From a virus: a stretch of DNA of 64,000 bases. Shown here piece after piece: positions 26,784-36,520 of the stretch (position 1 is its first letter; each line of letters begins with the position of its first letter). Made by a program: the position numbers and the translations under genes. The DNA lies in the IMG/VR virus record IMGVR_UViG_3300044705_000115, positions 66,044 to 130,043 of that record; one strand, 5' to 3'. Below the pieces are notes generated by a model. The model saw only the letters and a program-made list of their open reading frames with translations, was not told the origin of the DNA and made no database searches.

Positions 26784-28208
26784 TCAATCGAGCAGGCTTG
26801 CTTGGCCCGCTGCTTTCGCCATTTCCTCGCGCTCCGCCGAGCGAAGCGCGTCCTCCGTCGAGAGTTCGTAGCCCGCGTAGGGCGCCCAGCGCTCAATCCG
26901 GGCCTCGGCGATCCGCACGTACTCCTCGGATTTCTCGAAGCCGATGAAGTCGAAGCTGTCCAGTACTGCAGCGATACCGGTCGAGCCGCTGCCCGTGAAG
27001 GGATCAAGCAGGAGGCCGCCTGGCGGCGTGACCAGGCGGCAGAGCCACCGCATCAGCTCGACCGGCTTCACCGTCGGGTGGGAGTTGCGGGCGTAGCGGT
27101 CGGTGCCGTCGGCCTGGAAGGTTCCGGGCGACTCGTCGCCCGATGACCAGCGCAGCATCTTCTTCTCGAAGTCAGCGAGGCCAAGGTCGCGCTCGAGGCG
27201 ACCGACCTTCGGGCAGAAGAAGAAACGGCTCGCTCCGCCGACATCGCCCATCAGCCGGGGGCCGCCGTTGCCGCCGCTGGTCACCGAGTCATAGACGGAG
27301 TTCGAGCCGCGCTTGTCTGGGTAGCCGCCGCCGCTGCGCTCACCGCTCTGGACATCCAGTTGCTCTGCCGCCCCTTCGTCGAGGATCAGGTTCGCTGGCC
27401 AGCGCCCCTGCGCCTCGTAGTTCTTGCGCTCGACCATCGAGAAGTCGCCGTAGACCTGATTGCCGCCCGGCTCGGTGCCGAAGTCTGCGTGGCGGTTCTT
27501 GTCCTTCGTCTCCCGTTCGTCGCCAGCGGAGGCGAAGGGGATGCGCGAGCGGTCGATGTTGATCGCGCCCGTGCCGTGCGCGGACACGTTGTCGATGACC
27601 GTTCCCTGCAGCGGCTTGCGGGCGACCACGATTGGCTCGTGCGCGGGCTTCAGCGCCGTCCCGCGCCCCTCGCCCGCGTCTTTGCTCTTGGGGAAGCCCT
27701 GCGCGTAGAGCCACATGATCGTGTCCCTGATCTCGAACCCGGCGTCCTCAATCCCCGCTGCGAGGCGGTGGTAGGTGCGCGAGCCGCCGAAGGCGAGTAG
27801 GTGGCCACCTGGCCTCAGAACCCGCAGCGACTCTTCGGCCCAGCGCCTATGCCATTCCTGCATAGTCCGGGCACGAGCTACGGCGCGGTCGCCCTCGTTG
27901 AAAGCCTCGCCCCGAACGCGCCAGTCAGGAGCCTCGCACTGACAGCGTTTCTTCCCACGTCGACGACCGCCGCAGGCTGCACAGGTCGGGTTGGCGGTCT
28001 CGCCGCCGAAGCTCGGCCACTCGGTTGGACGCTCGCCAAGGCCGGGCTTCGACATCCCGCCTCCGTCGCGCCATGCGTCGATCCTGTCCCAGTCCTTGCC
28101 CATGAACTCCAGCCCATAGGGAGGGTCAGTGACCACGGCATCGACGGAATCCTCGGCTAGATCGGCCATCCCCTCGACGCAGTCGCCGTTGACGATGCGC
28201 CAACTCAT
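26784..28208 (-). CDS. DNA N6-adenine/N4-cytosine methyltransferase (beta class)
   Basis: VTDPPY, HPTVKP, LDPFTGSGST. Confidence 0.92.
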   Translation of the reverse strand: MSWRIVNGDCVEGMADLAEDSVDAVVTDPPYGLEFMGKDWDRIDAWRDGGGMSKPGLGERPTEWPSFGGETANPTCAACGGRRRGKKRCQCEAPDWRVRGEAFNEGDRAVARARTMQEWHRRWAEESLRVLRPGGHLLAFGGSRTYHRLAAGIEDAGFEIRDTIMWLYAQGFPKSKDAGEGRGTALKPAHEPIVVARKPLQGTVIDNVSAHGTGAINIDRSRIPFASAGDERETKDKNRHADFGTEPGGNQVYGDFSMVERKNYEAQGRWPANLILDEGAAEQLDVQSGERSGGGYPDKRGSNSVYDSVTSGGNGGPRLMGDVGGASRFFFCPKVGRLERDLGLADFEKKMLRWSSGDESPGTFQADGTDRYARNSHPTVKPVELMRWLCRLVTPPGGLLLDPFTGSGSTGIAAVLDSFDFIGFEKSEEYVRIAEARIERWAPYAGYELSTEDALRSAEREEMAKAAGQASLLD

Positions 28209-28441
28209 CTCTCGTCCGGGCGCAACTCCTCGGGCGGGATGAAGTCGGGGACGATCAGCCGATCTGCTCCCCCAGTCCGCCCGGCGATCGCATCGCCGAT
28301 TTTCTCCGACATCTCCCCGATCGGCACCGCGATCTGGGCAACGGGCATCTGGAAGATCGGGTCGAGCGCCTGGATGACGCGGAACTTCACGCGCTCCCCC
28401 TCGGGCGACTCGCTCTCGACTTCCCCGATTCTGATGAGCAC
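28205..28441 (-). CDS. Hypothetical protein
   Basis: GTG start after CCGACCAAGGAGG. Confidence 0.65.
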   Translation of the reverse strand: MLIRIGEVESESPEGERVKFRVIQALDPIFQMPVAQIAVPIGEMSEKIGDAIAGRTGGADRLIVPDFIPPEELRPDER

Positions 28442-28520
28442 GGCGATCCTCCTTGGTCGGTAGGCGGCGAACCTACTCGGAGGACCGGACGGCGCGGGGC
28501 TGCGATCCCGCTATCTGCGG

Positions 28521-29834
28521 CTAGAAAGGCGGGTCGTCATCGTCGGTCGCAGCGGGTTTCTCGATCCGCTTAACTGACTCCTCGAGGGCGTTCATCAGCG
28601 AGGCATCCTCGGGCGTCTCCTCGACGTTTTCGGCGGTGTGCTGCGTGAACTTGGTGAAGGGCTTCTCGACGTAGAGTTCGTCGAGATCCACATTCGGACC
28701 GGCGAGCGCCAGCGCCGCCTCCAGCTCCTCCCGCGTCGGCCGCGACTTCCGCTTCGCTGGCTTGTAGCCCCAGACCCGGTTCGGATCCTTGGCGTGCTTG
28801 ATCGGAATCGGCCCCCGCACATCGCCCCATGCCTTCATCGCGTTCTGGCGCTGCTTCAGAGCCGCTTCCGCCACCAGGGCCTCAGCGGCGTACCTTTCGG
28901 CGGTCTCGGCGTCAGTGATGGCGCCGCGCACGCGAGCGTCGGGGAAGATCGGGCACGACGACGGGCGCGGGCAGAAGGAGCAGTGCTTGCCCGGCGAGGG
29001 AACCCACAGCTCCAGCCGCTCACGCTCGCCCGTCTCCTCATCGACCTTCGGCGGCCAGTTGCCATGCTCGACCGCCCGGTCGAAGCGCTCGACCAAGGCG
29101 GCGATTTCCTCGCGGATGTCGGGCAGGTCGTCGCGGGTGATGGACGCCTGGCGCGTGTTGCCGGTGCCGACCGTGCTGCCGGGGTCATGGCGGACGTAGT
29201 GCTCGCGCAGCGTCACCTCGCGCACCGACGGGTAGCGTTCGAGGACGAGGAAGCCGTAGAAGCGCTGCTGGAAGTAGCCCTGCTCCGACAGCTCCTTCGG
29301 CGCCGGCAGCGCCCAGGTGTCTTTCCAGTCGAGGACGACTGCGTGGTCGGGTTCGGGCAGGAAGAGGGCGTCGATCTGGCCGGTCATCCGCCGCGGCACC
29401 ATGATCAGGCCCTCAGGCGAGTCCCACTCGTACTCGACCACCGCCTCCAGCCGCTCCTCGACGCTCGCCAGCTTGTCGATCTCGAAGGCGTTGTCCTTGG
29501 CGAACTTGATCACGACCCAGCGCAGGTCCTTGATCTGGGAGAAGGGGATGTTGATCTGGTCGCGCGGCTCGACATCGTGCTGCCGCAGGCACTCCCGCAG
29601 AAGCTCCAGCGCGACATCGGGCGGGATCGAGTTTTCGCCCGCCTGCTCCATCGCTTCGAGGGCCTTGGCGGCGAAGCGGTGGAAGAGGATGCCGCGGCCC
29701 TGGGGGTGGCCGTTCCAATCCTGCTCGTGGTCGATGTAGAACTTCGACGAGAGGGCGCAGTCGTCGAACTTGCTCAGCAACGACTGGCGGACAGTCGGGA
29801 ACTTCTCTACAGCAGTGGGGTAGGGCAGGTTCAC
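28521..29834 (-). CDS. PD-(D/E)XK (RecB/Cas4-like) exonuclease
   Basis: GTG 29834 after CCGACCGAGGAG; GQIDA..LDWKD..Q..FY; Cys pattern C..HCSFC..C. Confidence 0.8.
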   Translation of the reverse strand: MNLPYPTAVEKFPTVRQSLLSKFDDCALSSKFYIDHEQDWNGHPQGRGILFHRFAAKALEAMEQAGENSIPPDVALELLRECLRQHDVEPRDQINIPFSQIKDLRWVVIKFAKDNAFEIDKLASVEERLEAVVEYEWDSPEGLIMVPRRMTGQIDALFLPEPDHAVVLDWKDTWALPAPKELSEQGYFQQRFYGFLVLERYPSVREVTLREHYVRHDPGSTVGTGNTRQASITRDDLPDIREEIAALVERFDRAVEHGNWPPKVDEETGERERLELWVPSPGKHCSFCPRPSSCPIFPDARVRGAITDAETAERYAAEALVAEAALKQRQNAMKAWGDVRGPIPIKHAKDPNRVWGYKPAKRKSRPTREELEAALALAGPNVDLDELYVEKPFTKFTQHTAENVEETPEDASLMNALEESVKRIEKPAATDDDDPPF

Positions 29835-29897
29835 GGCGGCTCCTCGGTCGGTTGAATGCCATCCAAGGCGCTGCACCGGACGTACTGCTGCGGCAAG

Positions 29898-29937
29898 AAA
29901 AAGGCCCGCCGTCTCGTGGATCGGCGGGCCTATTTTT
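29898..29937. terminator. Intrinsic terminator after bet (A/T tails on both sides)
   Basis: AAAA-AGGCCCGCCG-loop-CGGCGGGCCT-ATTTTT. Confidence 0.85.
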
Positions 29938-29958
29938 GTCCAGACTTTGGATGAAAAG

Positions 29959-31059
29959 CTACGACGCAGCGGCAGCTACGGTGGCCCCCTCACCCTCCTC
30001 GCCGACGATCTCGACCGCGTCGCCGTCGATCGGCTCGGGAGGAGCCTCGCCGCCGAGCTCGGCGATGAACGACGCCAGCTCATTGACCAGCGCCTCGGGA
30101 TCGGCGGCGAGGGCCTGCAGCTTCGCCGGGCGATAAGAGCCGGGCTTGAGCTGGTTGGCCATCTCGGCCAGCGTGGCGATGTAGCTCGCCCTCGGCTCGG
30201 GGCCGAAGTCGATGTTCGAGAAGGCCAGCTCGCGCGTCTTGCCGGTCTCGACATCGGTGAGCATCTTCCGCTCCTTTTCGATCTCGTCCTCGCCGACCAC
30301 GCCGCTGATTGAGAAGGCTTTGCGCAGCGCGTAGGTCTCCGCGCACTTCAAGATCATCGCGCTCGGCGTTTTCTGCCACGGCCCCTCGCGGTCCTGTTTG
30401 TACTCGCCCATCGGCGCGAAGAAGTAGGTCTCCCCATGTCCCTCGCGCACCACCCGCGCCCAGGCGCCGATGATCGGGCCACGGCCCACCGGCTCCCCGT
30501 TGGGGCCGGACTTGCTCGGATCGCTCTGCGTCGAGTAGCTGTGCTTGATCGACCGCTCGCCGTTCTCGAAGACATTCGAGAACTCGTCGTTGGCGTGGAC
30601 GACATCGCCGTCCATCCGCACGAAGCTCGGCTCCTTGTGGGCATGGGCGAGCAGCCCGTCGCGCGAGACGATGATCTGCACGCGGCCCTTCATCTTCGCT
30701 GCGTAAATCTGCCTGGCGAAGGGGTCGAGTTCGTAGCGAGCGGCGACCTCCAAGAACATCACCAGCTCGGCGTTGTTGCAGTCGGCGGCGACCGTGTTCC
30801 TGATCGCAACAACCTGCTGCTGATCGAAGCCCAGGCGGGCTGGCACCGTGATGGCGGAGCCACCAACCTGCTCGAGCGCCTGCCGCTCCTTCGGCGCCTC
30901 GGCCTCGGTGACGCTGCCATCCTGGGCGATTTCGATGTAGGTGTCGTCCTTCGTGCGGGCGAGGATGTTGTCGCCCTTGCCGCCGGTTACGCGACCGGCC
31001 TCATGCTCCGCGAGAGCCTTCTTCTGCTCCGCGTTGGCCTCGATTACATCGTCGGCCAT
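29959..31059 (-). CDS. bet: Single-strand annealing recombinase (Bet/RecT family)
   Basis: FLEVAARYELDPFARQIY, VSRDG and W..PSAMILKCAETYALRKAF motifs. Confidence 0.88.
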   Translation of the reverse strand: MADDVIEANAEQKKALAEHEAGRVTGGKGDNILARTKDDTYIEIAQDGSVTEAEAPKERQALEQVGGSAITVPARLGFDQQQVVAIRNTVAADCNNAELVMFLEVAARYELDPFARQIYAAKMKGRVQIIVSRDGLLAHAHKEPSFVRMDGDVVHANDEFSNVFENGERSIKHSYSTQSDPSKSGPNGEPVGRGPIIGAWARVVREGHGETYFFAPMGEYKQDREGPWQKTPSAMILKCAETYALRKAFSISGVVGEDEIEKERKMLTDVETGKTRELAFSNIDFGPEPRASYIATLAEMANQLKPGSYRPAKLQALAADPEALVNELASFIAELGGEAPPEPIDGDAVEIVGEEGEGATVAAAAS

Positions 31060-31116
31060 CGGTCCTCCTTGGTCGGGGGTAAGGAGGCACCCACACTACG
31101 CTGCGGCCCAGACGAA

Positions 31117-31151
31117 GACGGGCCGCCTCATGGTGGTGAAGGCGGCCCGTC
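31117..31151 (-). terminator. Hairpin ending the late/lysis transcript
   Basis: GACGGGCCGCCT-N11-AGGCGGCCCGTC 12-bp stem, followed by TTCGTCT on the minus strand. Confidence 0.7.
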
Positions 31152-31310
31152 GGATGAAGACCGTGGAGCGTCTGTCCCTCGGCGTCAGGTCTTGCCTGCC
31201 GCCGTCAATGTCCGACCAAGGACGGGGCATAGCTCGTCTCCGTTCTTCCTGCTCACAGGCTAGCGAAATACCTCGGATGGTTTGACCAATTGCTCAGGAA
31301 GAATCGCCTG

Positions 31311-31934
31311 CTATTGGGCGAGTCTGTGGTGCCGCAGGCCGACCAGCGTCGCGTTCGGCGTCAGCTCGTAGACCTTCAAAGCGAGGCCGCCAGTGCCCCA
31401 AGAGGACGCCTCGACAGCTTCCAGGCCGACCCTCGGCTTGGCGTTGACATGCAGGGCGTGGCGGATCGGGCGGTAGCCGAACTTGTTCGCCCGGGCGCCG
31501 TCGTTGAGCGTCTTCGCGGTCGCGTGGACGCCGTCCATGAAGGACTGGTAGTTCTGCACATCGGCCCAGTTGAACCGCGTCGAGCCCGGCATATGGAGCG
31601 TCGTGTTGAGCGGGTTGAAGCGCCCCGCATCGCCCTCCGCCTGCATCCAGCTCATCAGCATCACGAGGTTGTTCGGCGTCATCTTGGCGCCGATCAGGGG
31701 CAGCAGGAAGTGGGCGAACTGCCCCCGCGTGCGAGCACCGCTGAGCGCCGTGCCGGCGCGGCTGAGCAGGCGCGGCTTGACTGCCGGTTCCAGCGGACGT
31801 TCATGCAGTTCTCGCTGGCGGCGCGGGGGGCCGCTCTTAAACGTCACTGCGTCCCCCGCGATCTGGTCGGAAGTGACGGCGCCCTCGGCGATCTTCTTGG
31901 CCGAGACAGCGTCGTCATCGAGCGGCTTGCTCAT
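31311..31934 (-). CDS. Lysozyme-fold cell wall hydrolase (second lysin)
   Basis: W.QAEG..FNPLNTT..VQNYQS..G..ATAKTL..Y..I pattern of actinobacterial lysozyme-like domains. Confidence 0.65.
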   Translation of the reverse strand: MSKPLDDDAVSAKKIAEGAVTSDQIAGDAVTFKSGPPRRQRELHERPLEPAVKPRLLSRAGTALSGARTRGQFAHFLLPLIGAKMTPNNLVMLMSWMQAEGDAGRFNPLNTTLHMPGSTRFNWADVQNYQSFMDGVHATAKTLNDGARANKFGYRPIRHALHVNAKPRVGLEAVEASSWGTGGLALKVYELTPNATLVGLRHHRLAQ

Positions 31935-32293
31935 CGCTTCAGAACGGTGCGGTGGCCGTCGTTCCCGACGTACCAGATGGCGATGACCGAGAGGCCGGTG
32001 CCGATGATGGTGATGATTTCCATTTCCAGCGACGGGTTCTCGATTCCGAAGAACTTGAGTAGCGAGAAGACAGCGCCGATTGCTGCGGTGATCGCCTTGG
32101 AGGCATCCTGCTCGGAGAACTGAGGAGCCATGAAGACGCCGACCACCATCAGTCCGTCAGCCGTGAGTACCTGCACGGCGTGGGCGAAGCTCGGGTCGTA
32201 GTGGAGGATGTAAGCGAGGGCGGTGCCGATGAAGAGGGCGAGTGCGAGCAGCGTCTTCCTCACCTTGGGAAGCGGGTAGCCGAAAATGGTCAC
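31931..32293 (-). CDS. Holin (about 4 TM)
   Basis: GTG 32293 after CCGACAAGGAG; hydrophobic helices; directly after the endolysin. Confidence 0.72.
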   Translation of the reverse strand: MTIFGYPLPKVRKTLLALALFIGTALAYILHYDPSFAHAVQVLTADGLMVVGVFMAPQFSEQDASKAITAAIGAVFSLLKFFGIENPSLEMEIITIIGTGLSVIAIWYVGNDGHRTVLKR

Positions 32294-33033
32294 TGAGTCT
32301 CCTTGTCGGTGTGGGGATTGGTCGGCTTTCCATGCCGAATCTGAGCGGCTGTCTCGCGGATAGCGATGCCGAGACGCCGCTTGCGCTTGCCCTTGCGGGC
32401 GATGTACTGCTTGTGGAAGACCTCGCTGATCTTGTGGGCGGTCTTTTCGCCGATGACTCCATCGACCTTCAAGCCGTGGTCGCGCTGCAGCCTCCGCACC
32501 GCGACCTCGACATCGTCTTTGAACTTGCCGCCGGGCCGCCCCGTGGGACGTTTCAGGTAGACAGGGCCGCCGGGCCGGTGGATGAAGGCCAGCCGGCGGT
32601 TGTACCAGCGCACGCGCTTGCCCCTGTCGCCCTTCCGAAGCGCGATGAAGGGAGGGATTTCCTTGCAGGAGACGCTGCCGTCGTAGTTGACATGCCACCA
32701 CTCGCTCCAGGCTTCGGTCTTGCGCCAACCGAACCGGCCGCCGTGGTCGTCGATCCACGCACGCATCCATTCAGCAGCGAGATCGACCGCGAGGCCCCAG
32801 CCGTGGTTGCTGGTTCCTGGCCGGGCGGCGAGGTTGCCACGCCCGGAGATGTAGAGGTTCCAGAATTCGACCTGCTCGTCGTAGGTGCGGTAGCTCGAGC
32901 GCGGGCCGCTCGGCACGCATCCGGCCGAAGCGGGGCCGCCGGGTTTGTTCCAGCAGGCGGCGGCGGGCTTCGCCAGTTCGCCACCGGGGATGGGCGCCAG
33001 TTCGGAGGGCGCCAGTTTCCCGTTTGAGGCCAT
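32290..33033 (-). CDS. Endolysin: M15 (VanY-like) peptidase plus PG-binding domain
   Basis: SSYRTYDEQ, PGTSNHGWGLAVD, EWWH; C-terminal LQRDHGLKVDGVIGEKT. Confidence 0.9.
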   Translation of the reverse strand: MASNGKLAPSELAPIPGGELAKPAAACWNKPGGPASAGCVPSGPRSSYRTYDEQVEFWNLYISGRGNLAARPGTSNHGWGLAVDLAAEWMRAWIDDHGGRFGWRKTEAWSEWWHVNYDGSVSCKEIPPFIALRKGDRGKRVRWYNRRLAFIHRPGGPVYLKRPTGRPGGKFKDDVEVAVRRLQRDHGLKVDGVIGEKTAHKISEVFHKQYIARKGKRKRRLGIAIRETAAQIRHGKPTNPHTDKETQ

Positions 33034-33073
33034 CGCGGGGAGGCTCCCACTGCTGCCGGACGGATTTGCTGCG

Positions 33074-34228
33074 CTACTGAGAGAAGACCATGTAGGCGAA
33101 GCCAGTGGGGGCGAAGGCGGCCTCGACGCCGCCCGTGCCACGCGCCCTCAGGGTGATCGTGTGCGAGCCTGAGGCCAGCGCCGCCCTCATCGAGATACCA
33201 GCGCCCGTGCGAACGATTCCCGGCACCGTGGTTGCCTGTTCCCAGCCGAAGTTGCCGCCGCGCCCCTGAGCCACGCCGTCGATGTAGAAGTCGTAGAGAA
33301 CCTGGCCTGCGTTGTTGAAGCCCCCGCGCTGGCCACAGTGAACGACGCCGCGGAGATGCACGGCGCTGGCGGTTGCGAGGGTGAAGGTGGCGGAGGCGAA
33401 AATCGCGTATTCGCTGCTCAGCCACGCTTCGCCGCCCGTGTAGATCGCCTCGCCCTCGGTGATCTTGATCTTGCGGGAGGTGACGGCAGCGTCTTTGACC
33501 CTCGTTTCTTCCACCGCCGAGGTCGCCAGCTCGGATGCACCCACCGCTGCGGCCGCGATCTCCGGCGCCCCGACCGCGTCGGTTGCGATCTCGCTGGACC
33601 CCACCGCGTTTTCGGCGATGTGTTTCGCTTCGACAGCGTCGGTGGCGATTTTGGTCGGCCCCACGGCGCCCGCTGCGATCTCCGGCGATCCGACAGAGTT
33701 CGCCTTGAGCTGGGGTACCCAGGCAGCGCCTTCGCGGGTCCATTCGATGTCGCCACTCCCAGAGAGCGATCCGTCCTCAAGCTGGGAACCATTGACGGAC
33801 GAGACGACCTGGCGGAAGGCGGCGATTTTTTCCGAGGCGACGATGACGTAACCGATCAGCCGGTAGATCGCCGTCGATGGCGTTTCGCCGGTTTTTTTGA
33901 TCTGCAGGCTGAACGTGTGAACCGTTTTGTCGGGTTCTTCGATGCCCCCGGTGAAGTCGTTGTCCGAGGCCGTGACGAAGACCGGGTGTTCGCCGTTGGC
34001 GAGTCCACCGGGCAGCACCGCCGTCGTTTCGGTGGTGCGGTAGCGGTAGCGGCCGTCGATGGCGATGCTCTGCTGGTCGTCGCCTTCGCCAGCGGTGATC
34101 TTCAGCGTCGTGTTGTTGAGGATCAGCACGCGGAAGTTCGGCGCTGCGCCTGACAGAAGCTCCTGAATCGGAGCGGTGAAGCCAGCGTGAAGGATGTCGC
34201 CGTGTTTGAGGTTGATGTGCTGGGTCAT
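33074..34228 (-). CDS. Tail fibre protein
   Basis: Follows the baseplate genes; decameric AVxxxEIA repeats; C-terminal beta-sandwich (ASGSHTITLR). Confidence 0.75.
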   Translation of the reverse strand: MTQHINLKHGDILHAGFTAPIQELLSGAAPNFRVLILNNTTLKITAGEGDDQQSIAIDGRYRYRTTETTAVLPGGLANGEHPVFVTASDNDFTGGIEEPDKTVHTFSLQIKKTGETPSTAIYRLIGYVIVASEKIAAFRQVVSSVNGSQLEDGSLSGSGDIEWTREGAAWVPQLKANSVGSPEIAAGAVGPTKIATDAVEAKHIAENAVGSSEIATDAVGAPEIAAAAVGASELATSAVEETRVKDAAVTSRKIKITEGEAIYTGGEAWLSSEYAIFASATFTLATASAVHLRGVVHCGQRGGFNNAGQVLYDFYIDGVAQGRGGNFGWEQATTVPGIVRTGAGISMRAALASGSHTITLRARGTGGVEAAFAPTGFAYMVFSQ

Positions 34229-34236
34229 CTGCGCTC

Positions 34237-34770
34237 CTACATGAGGTCGCCCAGCCGCGAGACACCGACGATGAATCCTTCGTCGTACTGCAGGGCGAGG
34301 TTGAGATGGGCGGGGGTCACAGCATCGGCCAGTGCTTCCACCTGGCCGACCGTGAAGGATTCAGCCGCGTAGGGGATCGTGATGCGGAGGTCGTAGGCGC
34401 CGGGATCGTTCTCCTGGTGCTCCCAAACGGTCGCGCCGAGGGCGATGTTGAGCAGGATGATCCAGTCTTCGCCGGACCCCGACAGCCGCGCCTTCTCGTA
34501 GGCCGCGACGATGTTGCGGCGCTGTTCGAGCGAGACCCCGTACGGTTCGACCGGGATGCCAAGCTGCTCCTCTCGCAGGCCGAGCTGTCCGTAGTCGTCC
34601 GCTGCGTGCTGCGGAAACCACTGCTTGCGAACGACATTCATGAACTCCTCAAGGCGCTGAAGCTCGCGGGCCAGCGGGTCGATGATGGCTTGGGCCGCCG
34701 GGTCGTCGCTGTAGTAGTGGGGCATCATCCCCATCAGGGCCTCTCCGGCGTCTGAGAGTTCGGCGGGCAT
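34237..34770 (-). CDS. Baseplate wedge protein (XkdU/gp48/YmfQ-like)
   Basis: MPHYY..QLG..EEQLGI..RR..TPAHL; located after the J-like gene. Confidence 0.78.
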   Translation of the reverse strand: MPAELSDAGEALMGMMPHYYSDDPAAQAIIDPLARELQRLEEFMNVVRKQWFPQHAADDYGQLGLREEQLGIPVEPYGVSLEQRRNIVAAYEKARLSGSGEDWIILLNIALGATVWEHQENDPGAYDLRITIPYAAESFTVGQVEALADAVTPAHLNLALQYDEGFIVGVSRLGDLM

Positions 34771-35927
34771 CAGACTTCCAGGCTCACCGTGCCGAGCTGG
34801 GCCACTTCGCTCGAGCCGATGACGACCGTGCCAGCGACTTCGTTGAGTTTCACCGAAACGATGTCGTGGACGCCTTCGACCAGGAAGAAGCGGCTCTCGG
34901 TCTTGTTGAGCAGGACATCGTCACCGGGGGCGAGGCGGTCGATGTATTCCGAGAGCACCCTTTCGAGGTCGGAGCGCACCGCAATCGTGCCGCCCGTGCC
35001 ATCGAGCGTGTAGCCGTTGCTGAGTTCGACTTTCGCTTTGACATTGACCGTTTTCGAGGTCGGGGTCGCCACCGTGACCACAGCACCGACCGGCGCCTTG
35101 CCAGCGCCCTCGCCAGGGATCGGGTCGAGTTCGTTCTGCAGCGATTCCACAACGGAGGCGCTGACCGGGTTGTTTTCTTCGTCGGTGATGACCACCTTCA
35201 CCGTGCCGGCGCCAGCCCACAGAGGGATCACGGTCACGAAGCCGATGCCTTCATGGGCCAGTGCCCAGCGTTTGTAGTCAGCCACGTTTCCAGCGCCCTG
35301 CGCAGCGCCGAGCTCAAGCAGGAGTCGGGCGCGGTAGGAAGCATCGCTCTCCACATCGGCGCCCCCCGTGATTGCTTCGTCGTTGGCAACGCTTTCTACG
35401 CCTTCAATCGGCGAGAGCAGGAAAGCGGCCGCGCCCGCAGCTACATTCGACGCAGCCCCAGCTTCCTCCGCTTTGACCGGTAGCGTGAGTTCGCCGCTGG
35501 CGCCGATGGTTCCCGAGCCAGTCGTGAGATAGCTCGGAGGATCCTCGTCTGGGTCGGTCTGCGCGGTGCCGATCTGAGCACCGACGCCGATGATCGTCCC
35601 TTCGTCGCCTTTGAAGGTGACCTCGCCGGTCGCGTATGCCTTGTCTTTGCGCGGCACGTCGATCGTTTCGCCGTGATCGTCGAGGTTTTCGCCCCAGGAG
35701 TAGGCGACATAGATCGCCGCCGGTACCTCCGCTGAGGCGAAGTCCCAGAGACGCGCGATCTCCAGCACGAGAGGCTGCGTGAGGTCGTAGTAGAAGCCGC
35801 CCGGCGTCGTGTCGATGAAGCGGGCATCGTCTGGGTCAAGACCAGCGTTGGCATCGGCATCGACCCGCGCCCGCACTTCGGCGAGCGTGACCGGCACGAG
35901 GGGAATCCGGGTCGTCAGATCAGGCAC
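34770..35927 (-). CDS. Baseplate J/gp47 family protein
   Basis: GENLD, ATGEVTF, GGADVESDASYRARL, GNVADYKRWA, GAGTVKV. Confidence 0.92.
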   Translation of the reverse strand: MPDLTTRIPLVPVTLAEVRARVDADANAGLDPDDARFIDTTPGGFYYDLTQPLVLEIARLWDFASAEVPAAIYVAYSWGENLDDHGETIDVPRKDKAYATGEVTFKGDEGTIIGVGAQIGTAQTDPDEDPPSYLTTGSGTIGASGELTLPVKAEEAGAASNVAAGAAAFLLSPIEGVESVANDEAITGGADVESDASYRARLLLELGAAQGAGNVADYKRWALAHEGIGFVTVIPLWAGAGTVKVVITDEENNPVSASVVESLQNELDPIPGEGAGKAPVGAVVTVATPTSKTVNVKAKVELSNGYTLDGTGGTIAVRSDLERVLSEYIDRLAPGDDVLLNKTESRFFLVEGVHDIVSVKLNEVAGTVVIGSSEVAQLGTVSLEV

Positions 35928-36469
35928 TAGAGGCTCAGTCCTTCTTCGATGGCGAGGGTGGTCGCGTCGTCAAGGACGACCTCAAAGCGCACAAGCAGCG
36001 CCTCATCGTCTTCGGCGTCCTGTTCGGCCTGGAAGTTTTCGATGCCGCTGATCGCTGGGTGGAACAGCAGTGCGTCGGCGATCCTTTCCTCGAGCGAGGC
36101 GATGTCGGCGGAGTCGAACTGGTCGCCGAAGACATCGGTGGGGCTATCGAGGCCGTAGGAAGGCGGGTGGATGACGCAGCCGCCGCGGGGCGAGCGCAGG
36201 CACTTCTCGATCCAGTAGCGGAGGGTCTGGGTGCGCCTAGTCTCGATCGGCTGGTGGCCAGCCATGACGAAGCGGTGGGCAGAGAAGTCGAATGCCCAAC
36301 TACGGCCTAGCGGCGTCGGGGCAGGCTCGGTCGTGACGACGAGATCGTCGGCATCGACCGCCGCTTCCCCAGCTTCAAACGCCTCGTCGATCGTGGCGGG
36401 AAGCTCGTCCTCCGAGAAGAGTTCGGGGTTGGCTTCGCCCTGTTCGACGGTTTCCAGCTCGTCAGCCAT
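35927..36469 (-). CDS. Baseplate sheath initiator (XkdS/DUF2634, gp25-like)
   Basis: SWAFDF..WIEKCLRSPR..YG..IADALLFHPAI. Confidence 0.78.
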   Translation of the reverse strand: MADELETVEQGEANPELFSEDELPATIDEAFEAGEAAVDADDLVVTTEPAPTPLGRSWAFDFSAHRFVMAGHQPIETRRTQTLRYWIEKCLRSPRGGCVIHPPSYGLDSPTDVFGDQFDSADIASLEERIADALLFHPAISGIENFQAEQDAEDDEALLVRFEVVLDDATTLAIEEGLSL

Positions 36470-36520
36470 GCTGCGCCTAGTCTAGGTGCGGCTGCTGCGG
36501 AAACCCCCAGTCGAACATCG

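Noticed and set aside
20928-28208. Nucleases and MTases as restriction-modification systems
   Set aside because: The nucleases are typical phage RusA, HNH and small PD-(D/E)XK types; no convincing cognate REase-MTase pair.
28521-29834. Cas4-like nuclease suggesting CRISPR-Cas
   Set aside because: No repeat-spacer array or other cas genes seen; its position next to bet fits a recombination exonuclease.
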